Shown: positions 29,100 through 39,699 of the stretch, in pieces
Layout of the letters: every line of letters starts with the position of its first letter
How positions within the stretch are numbered: position 1 is the stretch's first letter
DNA from: the human T2T-CHM13v2.0 reference genome, Homo sapiens
DNA length: 64,000 nt
Strand: one strand, 5' to 3'
Assembly: GCF_009914755.1 (NCBI RefSeq)
Contig: NC_060931.1
Notes under the pieces: model-generated
Databases searched by the model: none
The model's input: the letters and a program-made list of their open reading frames with translations, nothing else
Told to the model about the DNA's origin: nothing
Translations under genes and position numbers: made by a program

Positions 29100-30115
29100 T
29101 TACATTTTGGCATGATTTTGCAGCGCCTGGTACCGGTTGTTCCTTTCCATGTTTAGTGCTTCCTTCAGGAGCTCTTTTAGGGCAGGCCTGGTTGTGACAA
29201 AATCTCTCAGCATTTGCTTGTCTGTAAAGTATTTTATTTCTCCTTCACTTATGAAGCGTAGTTTGGCTGGATATGGAATTCTGGGTTGAAAATTCTTTTC
29301 TTTAAGAATGTTGAATATTGGCCCCCACTCTCTTCTGGCTTGTAGAGTTTCTGCCGAGAGATCCGCTGTTAGTCTGATGGGCTTCCTTTTGTGGGTAACC
29401 CGACCTTTATCTCTGGCTGCCCTTAACATTTTTTCCTTCATTTCAACTTTGGTGAATCTGACAATGATGTGTCTTGGAGTTGCTCTTCTCGAGGAGTATC
29501 TTTGTGGCATTCTCTGTATTCCCTGAATCTGAATGTTGGCCTGCCTTGCTAGATTGGGGAAGTTCTCCTGGATAATATCCTGCAGAGTGTTTTCCAACTT
29601 GGTTCCATTCTCCTTGTCACTTTCAGGTACACCAATCAGACGTAGATTTGGTCTTTTCACATAGTCCCATATTTCTTGGAGGCTTTGTTTGTTTCTTTTT
29701 ATTCTTTTTCTCTCAACTTCCCTTTTCACTTCATTTCATTCATTTCATCTTCCATCACTGATACCCTTTCTTCTAGTTGATTGCATCAGCTCCTGAGGCT
29801 TCTGCATTCCTCACGTAGTTCTCGAGCCTCGGCTTTCAGCTTCATCAGTTCCTTTAAGGACTTCTCTGTATTGGTTATTCCAGTTATACATTCGTCTAAA
29901 TTTTTTTCAAAGTTTTTAACTTCTTTGCCTTTGGTTTGAATTTCCTCCTGTAGCTCGGAGTAGTTTGATCATCTGAAGCCTTCTTCTCTCAACTCATCAA
30001 AGTCATTCTCCGTCCAGCTTTCTTCCATTGCTGGTGAGGAACTGCGTTCCTTTGGAGGAGGAGAGGCACTCTGCTTTTTAGAGTTTCCAGTTTTTCTGCT
30101 CTGTTTTTTCCCCAT
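29100..30115 (-). pseudogene. L1 ORF1 (RNA-binding protein), disrupted
   Basis: MGKKQSRKTGNSKKQSASPPPKERSSSPA...REEGFR followed by a premature stop at 29969-29971; the C-terminal part (QEIWDYVKRPNLRLIGVPE...LQNHAKM) survives as ORF 29100-29729. Confidence 0.95.
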
Positions 30116-31144
30116 CTTTGTGGTTTTATCTACTTTTGGTCTTTGATGATGGTGATGTACCAATGGGTTTTTGGTGTGGATGTCCTTTCTGTTTGTTAGT
30201 TTTCCTTCTAACAGACAGGACCTTCGGCTGCAGGTCTGTTGGAGTTTGCTAGAGGACCACTCCAGACTCTGTTTGCCTGGGTATCAGCAGCAGTGGCTGC
30301 AGAACAGCGGATTTTCGTGAACCGCGAATGCTGCTGTCTGATCGTTCCTCTGGAAGTTTTGTCTCAGAGGAGTACCTGGCCACGTGAGGTATCAGTCTGC
30401 GCCTACTGGGGGATGCCTCCCAGTTAGGCTGCTTGGGGGTCAGGGGTCAGTGACCCACTTGAGGAGGCAGTCTGCCCGTTCTCAGATCTCCAGCTGCATG
30501 GTGGGAGAACCACTGCTCTCTTCAAAGCTGTCAGACAGGGACATTTAAGTCTGCAGAGGTTACTGCTGTCTTTTTGTTTGTCTGTGCCCTGCCCCCAAAG
30601 GGGGAGCCTACAGAGGCAGGCAGGCCTCCTTGAGCTGTGGTGGGCTCCACCCAGTTGGAGCTTCCCGGCTGCTTTGTTTACCTAAGCAAGCCTGAGCAAT
30701 TGCGGGCGCCCATCCCCCAGCCTCGCTGCCGCCTTGCAGTTTGATCTCACACTGCTGTGCTAGCAATCAGTGAGACTCCATGGGCGTAGGACCCTCTGAG
30801 CCAGGTGCAAGATATAATCTCCTGGGTGCCGTTTTTTAAGCCCGTCAGAAAAGTGCAGTATTAGGGTGGGAGTGACCCGATTTTCCAGGTGCCATCTGTC
30901 ACCCCTTTCTTTGACTAGGAAAGGGAACTCCCTGACCCCTTGCACTTCCCGAGTGAGGGAAGGCCTCGCCCTGCTTCGGCTGGCACACGGTGCGCTGCAC
31001 CCACTGTCCTGCACCCACTGTCTGGGACTCCCTAGTGAGATGAACCCGGTACCTCAGATGGAAATGCAGAAATCACCTGTCTTCTGTGTTGCTCACGCTG
31101 GGAGCTGTAGACCGGAGCTGTTCCTATTCGGCCATCTTGGCTGC
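30116..31144 (-). promoter_or_regulatory. L1 5'UTR internal sense promoter with antisense promoter; YY1 site at the 5' end
   Basis: GC-rich L1PA 5'UTR; YY1 motif CAAGATGGCCG intact on the minus strand (31129-31139). Promoter function is established for the family but not shown for this copy. Confidence 0.75.
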
Positions 31145-31258
31145 CCTCGCAAAATCTTTCGAACAAATCAAAACAAGGCAAGAAAATGCCATTGCTTGTT
31201 AAACAAGATATAAAAATAGATAAAAGAAAGGCTAGATACATTTTCTAGGTTACTGAAA

Positions 31259-31353
31259 TATATGTGTGTATATATATATATGTATGTATATGTGTATATA
31301 TATGTATATATGTGTGTGTGTGTGTATTTATATATGTATACACATATATATAT
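31259..31353. repeat. (TA)n/(TG)n low-complexity microsatellite
   Basis: TATATGTGTGTATATATATATATGTATGTATATGTG... read directly. Confidence 0.9.
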
Positions 31354-31832
31354 GCAAAACTTGAATTTGCACCTGGTTCTCCAGATTAAATTTAGTACTA
31401 TTCTTAAATTATGAAAAGGAAGAGTTAATAGATGCACAGAACTTTCCAAGGGAAAACAAAAATCTCCACCATAATAATCAGCAAGATTCTTATACTGCCA
31501 TGATCACTGCAGATGGCAACGTGGAGTGAGAAGACCACAGCAGCTAGGTGGACCTGGGTTCTGATGGAAACAATAAAAGGAGAAAATCATCACCACAGCG
31601 TTAGTGAGACTTACCAATTCCTGGTAAATTTTACTGCTGAATTACAATATTAGGAAGATGTCTCACACTAAGGACTTTTTCTAAGGACTCATGGAAGGCA
31701 AAAGTGTATTTAGTTAGAACTGACAATTGATGAACCAATTTACAATGCAGACATAATTACAGGACAACACATTCAGGGTTAAGGTCCCAATGTGTAAAGA
31801 GGAAAATAGAGATTATAAATAAGGCACTCTGG

Positions 31833-33718
31833 CTGACAGAATAGACAGACTAACAGAACAGACTAGAGAGGCCAGAATAGACTCATATAAATACAATCAA
31901 ATAATCTTTGACAACGAAGAAAAGACAATATAATGGAAAAAATAGAATCTTTTCAACAAGTGGTGCTAAAACAACTGGACATCCACATCCCAAAATAAAA
32001 ATTAAAAAAAATCTATACACAGATCCTATAGCTTCACAAAAATTAACTCAAAATGGATCATAAATCTAAATATAAAACAAAAAGCTACAAAACTCCTAGA
32101 AGATAGCATAGAACAACAATCTAGATTACTTGGGTATAGTGATGGTGTTTTTAGATTCAACACCAAAGATCTAATCCATAAAATACATAATTTAGATGGT
32201 TTCATTTAAAATAAGTACTTCTGCTCTGCAAAAGATACTATCAAGAGAAAGAGAAGACAAGTCACAGCTTTGGAGAAAATATTTGCAAAAGGCTTATCTG
32301 ATAAAGGACTATTATCCCAAATATATAAAGAGCTCTTAAAACTCAGCAATAAAATATATTTAAAAATAGGCAAAATACCTGAGTAGAGCCTTCACCAAAG
32401 AAGATGTCCAGAAGGCATATAAGCATATGAAAGGATGGTCAATATCATATGTTGTTAGGGAAATGCAAATTAAAGCAACAATTATACACCTCTTAGAATG
32501 CGCAAAATCCAAAACATTGACAACACCAAGAGTTCACAAGGATCTAAAGCAACAAGAACTCATTCATTGCTGGTGGAAATGCAAAATGGTACAGCCACTT
32601 TGGAAGACAATTTGGCAGTTTCTTACAAAACTAAACACACTGTTGCTATACAACCAACCAATCAGTCTCCTTCATATTTACTCAAATGAATTAAAAACTT
32701 ATTTTTATACAAAATCTGCATGTTAATGTTTATAGCAGCTTTATTTATAATTGCCCAAACTCGGAAGCAACCAAGATGTCCTTCAGCAGATGAATGAATA
32801 ACTAAACTGTGGTACATCTTAACAAAGGACTACTATTCAGGATTAAAAAGAAATAAAAAGACATGGAAGAAACAAATGCATATTACTAGGTGAAAGAAGC
32901 CAATTAGAAAAGGCTCCATAATGTAGGATTCCAGCTGTATCACATTCTGGAGAAGATCAAATTATGTAGGGAGTAAAACGATCACTGGCTGCTAGGGAAA
33001 GGATGGATAGGTGGAGTGAGGGGATTTTTAGGGCAGTGAAATTATTTTGCAAGATACTACAATAACAGACACGTCATTATATATTTGTCAAAATCCCTAA
33101 AATATACACCAAGAGTGAATCCAAATGTAAACCATGGGTTTGAGTGATGATACAGTTTGGAGTTTTGTCCCCTCCAAATCTCGTGTTGAAATATGATCCC
33201 CAATGCTGGAGGTGGGGTGCATCATGGGGTGAATCCCTCATGAAGGGCTTGGTGCCATCCCTGAGGTAATGAGTGAGTTCTCTATTTATTCATGTGAGAG
33301 CTGGTTGTTTAAAAGAGCCTGGCCGCTCTCTTGCTCACTTTCTTGTCATGTGACAGGCCTGCTCCCTCTTCACCTTCCATCACGATTGTAAGCTTCCCGA
33401 AGCCCTCACTAAAAGCAGAAGCTGACTCTGTGCTTCTTGCACAGCCTGCAGAACCGTAAGCCACAGTCAACTTTTCTTCATAAATTACCTAGCCTCAGGT
33501 TTTCATTTACAGCAACACAAAACAGACTAACAGAAGTGATAATGATATGTCAATGAAGGTTCACCAATTGTAACAAATGGACCACTCTGGTGCAAGATGC
33601 TGATAGAGGAGTAAGTTGTGCCTTTGTGGGGGCAGGGTGTATGCGGAATATCTCTGTACCTTCCTTTCAATTTTGCTGTGAACTTAAAACTGCTCTAAAA
33701 AATAATATCTATCTGAAA
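31833..33718 (+). mobile_element. 5'-truncated L1MC1/L1MC2-like LINE, interrupted by MSTB
   Basis: ORF2 C-terminal remnant (LIHCWWKCKMVQPLWKTIWQFLTKL) and an L1MC-type 3'UTR ending CTCTAAAAAATAATATCTATCTGAAAAA; TSD AAATAAGGCAC(T/G)CTGG at 31817-31832 / 33719-33734. Confidence 0.88.
33148..33534 (+). mobile_element. MSTB solo LTR nested in L1MC
   Basis: TGATACAGTTTGGAGTTTTGTCCCCTCCAAATCTC...ACAAAACAGACTAACAGA; perfect TSD AGTGA (33143-33147 / 33535-33539). Confidence 0.93.
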
Positions 33719-34125
33719 AAATAAGGCACGCTGGATTATTTGCTGAAAGCAGTGAAGCCTGTTATCTTAAAACTTTGTGATGGGATTGCTGAAAAATTAA
33801 GTATTTCTCCTCCCTCAATCTACACTCCTTCATTCAAGCAGTTGGTTAACCATTTGCTCCTGGACTAGGGAAAGGAATTCAGTAACATGGAAATTAGAAA
33901 TATTCTGCAAATATTATTGTCTTTTGTTCCAAAAGCCTAAGCCCCAAGAAGAAATGGTATTTGGAATTGGGGCAGAGAAAAATTGTTTTAGAAACACGAG
34001 GTGGAAAAATTGGCTAGAAAAAACGAAGTCCCTTCCCCACCTTCCCTTAGTCTCCTCTCTAATATAGTTGGAAACAGACGCAGTAAAGAGAAAGTGATGA
34101 AAATAGGAAACGGAGTGGACAGACA

Positions 34126-34387
34126 CAGTGGTATGCTGGATCCAGCTTAAATCAACTCTCATGAGCTAAATTTGCACATTTGTGGGTTCAATGACTTTAT
34201 ATTGGAAGCTTGAAAATGGCTATGGACTATGGTGGGAGTATTTACACCACAGAAATTGAAAAACGCCACAACTGAGAGCTCTGTGTGTGTGTGTGTGTGC
34301 GTGTGTGTGTGTGTTGGTTTACTAGTATCATCCTCTGGTTTTTAGTGAGCTGGTTTATTTCTACACATTCTTTCCAGCAGCCCACTG
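34126..34387. mobile_element. MER63A-like hAT-Blackjack MITE with internal (TG)n
   Basis: Termini CAGTGGTATGCTGG ... CCAGCAGCCCACTG; internal GGTGGGAGTATTTACACCACAGAAATTG. Confidence 0.75.
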
Positions 34388-35314
34388 AGGAACTAACAAG
34401 ACCAATAAGACTTTGAAGAGTATTTCAGCTATGTTCCCATGCCCAGCATGGTGTATAGGATGCGGCATGAAAAGGTGCTGGACTCGAAGCCATGTTTAGG
34501 TGGTGGTTTATGTTCATGTTGGCTTTAGGATGGATAACTTGACCTGCTGGCCTCCTATCCCTTTGTGCCTTGAGAGTATATATGCTACTCCAGACCCTGA
34601 CAAAACCTAAGACATTAGATATCAGGACAAATATTTTCTCCTCCAAAGACTAAGATTATTGTCATATTAACCCGGTGAAATAGTGGTTCAAAATTAAGTT
34701 GAAATAATAGAACAGAACCTGAAATTTAGTTTACATCCAAGTCTGTTAACTGAGAGGCATACCTGCTATGCCTCCTACTAGTTTATAGATTAAGGATATT
34801 TAGAGAAGCAATTTTTAGATAAATTTAAAAAAACTATTATACGTTAATTGTAGAATAACCATAGAGAATTGCAGTAAAAATATTATCCAAACTCTAACAG
34901 ATGTATTCAGTGATTATAGCTATAGATTTGGAGTATTAAGAGCTTGTTTGGGGTAATTCCAAGGGCACATACCACTATATTTTTAAAGTTAACATGGATA
35001 TTGATTTATTGATGCTACATAATAATATAGAAAATTATGAACATTAAGTTATCTCCAATGTAGAGAGGCCTGCTTTCTCCATCTCTTCTTAAAGCCGTCC
35101 CTTTCTAATATGTGTGGCATATCTCTGGGACTATACAGAAGTATACTCCATTACAGGTAAAGTTATGCATCTGAATTTCCACCAATAAATATCAAATGAT
35201 TGAAAGACGAAGAATGAATGGACACACCATCTCTAACTCCAAAAAGACTAGTGAGAGGGCTGTTACAGACTCAATAAAGTCAAATTAGAATAATGTGAGA
35301 AAAGAATGGACTCT

Positions 35315-35467
35315 CACTAAAAATTGATGAGCATATGAAGTAATGCATATGTTAATTAACTTGATTTAACCATTCCACCATGTATACATATTTCAAAACA
35401 ACATGTTGTACATGATAAATATATAGAATTTTATTTGTCAGTAGAAAAGTAAGTAAGAAATTTTAAT
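35315..35467 (+). mobile_element. Short L1MA 3'-end insertion
   Basis: GTAATGCATATGTTAATTAACTTGATTTAACCATTCCACCATGTATACATATTTCAAAACAACATGTTGTACATGATAAATATATAG. Confidence 0.8.
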
Positions 35468-35480
35468 AGAGAACAGACTC

Positions 35481-35818
35481 ACATAGTTATAACTTTTGTG
35501 GTTAGAACACTTAATATCCACACTCCTAGCATTTTTTAATAATATATCATCATTAACTATAGTCATCATGCTGCACAATAAACCTCTAGAACGTATTCTT
35601 CCTATCTAACTGTAATTATGTGTATTTTGACCAATATCTCTCCCTGACCCTCAACCACCCCAGGCTCTAGTAGCCACCATTCTATAATCTAATTCTATAA
35701 GATGAACTTTTTTAGATTCTACAAATGAGTGAGATTGTGCAGTATTTTTCTTACACTTGAAAACGTTGTATATGATAAACATATATCGTTTTATATGTTA
35801 ATTAAAATAAATTTGAAA
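35481..35818. mobile_element. L1MA insertion with 5' inversion (antisense 35481-~35752, sense 3' end ~35755-35818)
   Basis: Antisense L1MA 3'UTR (ACATAGTTATAACTTTTGTGG...TTTTAGATTCTACAAATGAGTGAGAT) followed by a sense terminus (GTTGTATATGATAAACATATA...AAAATAAATTTGAAAAA). Confidence 0.75.
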
Positions 35819-35887
35819 AAAGAATAGACTCTACAGAAATAATTAAGTGATATTTGTCTCTCAGCATGTTTTTTGCACTTTCAATAA

Positions 35888-36293
35888 CGCTATGGTTTGG
35901 ATGTTTGTCTCCTTCAAAACTTGTGTTGAAATTTGATCCCTAAGATTGGAGGTGGGGCTTCATGGGTGGTGTTTGGGTCATGGCGGTGAATATATTAAGG
36001 CCCTCCTTTGGGGGTGAGTGAGTTCTAACTCTATGGTTCCCAAGAGAGCTGGTTGTTAAAAAGAGCCTGGCATCCCCCCACCCCCACCACCTCTTGAGTC
36101 CTCTCTTGTCATGTGATCTCTGCACATGCTAACTCCCTTTCAACTTCCACCACCAACAAGCCTGAGGTCCTCACCAGATGCATAATCTTGAACTTTTCCA
36201 GACATCAGAGTCATGAGTCAAATAAACCTTGTTTCTTTACAAATTACCCAGTTTCAGGCATCCTTTTATAACAATACAAAACAAACTAAGACA
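35888..36293 (+). mobile_element. MSTB1-like solo LTR
   Basis: CGCTATGGTTTGGATGTTTGTCTCC...AAACAAACTAAGACA; perfect TSD AATAA (35883-35887 / 36294-36298). Confidence 0.92.
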
Positions 36294-37879
36294 AATAACA
36301 TATTCATAATAAGATACCCAGAGATTTTTCTTCTTTAAAAGAATAAAACTGTCTTATTCACTGTGTCGTTTCTGCATTTAAGAGTAACATGTCAGGTGCC
36401 TTTCCACCAGGATGCCTATTTAAACCTCAATGGTATAAGAATCATAAGCAACTGAATGAAAGACCTTCACTCCAAGAAGGGATCTACTTTTTACCTTTCA
36501 CCAGGTCACTATCTAACATTAGATATCTCTCCTTTTAACAAGCAAAAATATCCAGCTTTATTTAGGCCTCGTAAAAAAAGATTTAAAGTCAGCTAATGAA
36601 ATGTCAAATTCTATATTTTTGTTAAAGGGGCAGTAGAGAAAAGGAGTAGGATAAAAGCCAGATGCTGGTTTGTGACCTCTAAACATATTCTGAGCAAATG
36701 AATATCCCAATTACAAGTAATATTACTGTCATGGATCATATGTGAAATTATAGCAGATAAACTTTCAGATGCTCATATTTCTTTATGTGTGCTATGTGAC
36801 TTTTTGTGTCTATAGAGCATGCATGCACACATGCACCATTGTCTTGGAATAAGTCACAAAGGCAAGCATAGGTTCTTGTGGAAGGATTCCCTACACTGAT
36901 TCCTCTCAGAAAGGCAAATGGTTGTAGAATACCAAAAACCGCATGCAAAACGGAAAGGAAAGAAGCTTTTTAATGATATTTAAATTGTAATTATAAATAG
37001 AAAATCGATTTCCTAAAGTGATCTGGTGGGTTTTAAACATCTTTATTCACTCTCAGTGACTTTTACATTGAATGTTCTCAGTTTATAAATCAAAAGATCA
37101 TTTTTAGTTGCCAGTATTGTAAATTCCACCTGCAATCTATTAATCAAGCTATGTTCCTTTTCTCTGACATCATCAGCAGTAATAAAGATTCTGCAAATGG
37201 AACTCAGCTGACAGTGTTGTAGTTGATGTATGAGACAAAAAGAATCCAGCTTGCTTTTTCATAACTGCATTGGTTCAGCAGGAGGTAATGGTGTTAAAAA
37301 CTTGCTTTCTATTACTGAGGTAAGTAGATATTAGGCCAAGACACCCAGGGAGAGAAAAGAGTGTTGAGTGAATCTTGGCAAAATTCACCCTCTGGCATCA
37401 GCCATCCTTACCGTTTGCTTCAGTTTATGTGGTCCCCTAACCATTAAGTTGTATTTTGTTTCATTATAATAAAAGTGCAGTTGGAAAGGCTGATAGGCAA
37501 AACAAAATCACAGGATTCCCCTCCAATGTGTAGATTCATAACTCTTTATAATGGATTGTCACTTCTTTATTGTAATTGAATAATCAACCAACACAAAATG
37601 TTCATTACATGGCTCAAGAGAATGGCCCAACCCAAATTCCCATGGAATGTCTAAAAGGCAAGAATGTGTTATAAAAGAAAGGCAGGTAAAATATGTACAG
37701 TTGGAAAATAGAATCACAGACTATTTTTAGGAAGCATCCAATTCAACCTCTAAATTACAGATATAAATAAAATAAGACTGTTAGATGTCCCAAGTTCAAA
37801 AGCTGGGTAGTGAGAACATATCTGAATCTGAATTTTAAGACTTTTTTCCAATATTAATTTCAGCACACATTGTTTTCAT

Positions 37880-38100
37880 GTAAACCTGAATTTTAATCCT
37901 TACTGCACCATTTATTAGCTTTGCACTGTGAGCAATGTTTTTTTTCCTCAGAGTTAATTTCCTCCTGTCTCAAGTGAAAATAGCAATATATAAATATAAA
38001 ATTCATAAGGCTATGTTGAGGGTTACATGAGACTGCTTATTCAAAGTGCCAAGAATAATTCCTAAGACATCTTAGGTGCCAAATGAAGGTACTATAATTA
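37880..38100 (+). mobile_element. MIR SINE (a second, opposite-strand MIR-like piece lies at ~37705-37850)
   Basis: AATTTCCTCCTGTCTCAAGTGAAAATAGCAAT...GTTGAGGGTTACATGAGA...AAAGTGCCAAGAATAATTCC. Confidence 0.55.
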
Positions 38101-38114
38101 GTATACATCACCAT

Positions 38115-38838
38115 TGTGATGGTTAATTTTATGTGTCAACTTGGCACAGGCTATATTGCCCAGTTCTTTGGTCAAACACCAATCTAGATGTTACTCTGAA
38201 GATGTTTTGTAGAAGTAATTAACAATTACAATCAGTTGACTTTAAGCAAAAGGGATTACCCCTGACAATATGGGTGAGCCTTATCCACTCAGTTGAAAAC
38301 TTTAAAAGACAAATCTGAAATTTCCAGGAGAGGAAGTATTTCTGTCTCAAAACTGTTACATAGTCATCCTTTCTGAGTTTATAGTCCAATACCCTGCCCT
38401 ACAGATTTTGGATGTGAATTTGCTAGCCACCACAATCACATGATTCCTTAAAATAAATCTTTTTTTTTTTTTTTTTTTGAGACCGAGTCTTGCTCTGTCG
38501 CCCAGGCTGGAGTGCAGTGGCGCAATCTCGCTCACTGCAAGCTCCGCCTCCCGGGTTCATGCCATTCTCCTGCCTCAGCCTCCTGCGTAGCTGGGACTAC
38601 AGGTGCCCACCACCACACCTGGCTAATTTTTCATATTTTTAGTAGAGACGGGGTTTCACCATGTTAGCTGGGATGGTCTCGATATCCTGACCTTGTGATC
38701 CACCCGCCTCGGCCTCCCAAAGTGCTAGGATTACAGGCGTGAGCCACCACGCCCGGCCTAAAATAAATCTTAATACTTCTCTCTCTCTCTCCCCCTACCC
38801 CCAATTATTTGTTTCTCTGAAGAACCTTGACTGATACA
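38115..38838 (+). mobile_element. MLT2D-like ERVL solo LTR, interrupted by AluY
   Basis: TGTGATGGTTAATTTTATGTGTCAACTTGG...TGTTTCTCTGAAGAACCTTGACTGATACA. Confidence 0.9.
38462..38758 (-). mobile_element. AluY nested in MLT2
   Basis: GCAAGCTCCGCCTCCCGGGTTCATGCCATTCTCC diagnostics; perfect TSD TAAAATAAATCTT (38449-38461 / 38759-38771). Confidence 0.96.
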
Positions 38839-39699
38839 ATTATAAAAATAATTTTTAAAAGAAGGAAGCTGATGTCCCCTCACCCAAACATTTTGTTAAT
38901 CTGAGAACAATATCTGACTCTGTACTCCCCCAACTTGCTTTGATGTAATCATTTTATCCTTACTTCAATATACAAAATATCAGAGTTTTATCAGGCATGG
39001 GCATTGCCGATCTTAGTTGATGCTCTTCATTTGCAGATCAATAAACAATATCACCACTCTTCTTAGAATTTCTCAGAGAGAGAACTCAGCCAGGTCTCCT
39101 AACTAGTTTTTCAGTAGGTCACCACTTTCAAAACATACCGTTTCGTGCTTAGATTACTTACTTAATGACTTGATGTGGCAATTTGAGTATATACTATGTA
39201 GTATACATCTTCTATATTTTAGCAAATGGGATGAAATAATATTTTCATACCCTTTAAACATCTAGATTATTTTGAACTCATGATAAACGGGAATAATTTT
39301 AAATAAGAATAGATAATTTAAAGAATAAAAAGCAACTGCACTGGATACCATTGTCACAGTTGTTTTTATCTCTCCTGCCTCCGTTATTGTCTTTCCTGAG
39401 AAAAAATGCTGACCCATTGATGCTATTTCTGGATACTGACATTTATGATAGCAAAGAGATTTACAAAAATGAGTTGTTTTCACTTTATATTTATCTTTTA
39501 AAATATTGTGGTCATTTCATTTATCCTCATGGACTTATTTTAAAATATGGCATGTTTAGGAGTTGGAGATATTTTAAATTGGGGTACAGCATGAATTTGA
39601 GTTAGTAATCTTCACAAAGAAAAAAAGGCTATATTAAATTTACAAATAGTTAGAAACCTGTGTTCCACTAGAGTCAGAGAATTGCCTCATCCATCCATG

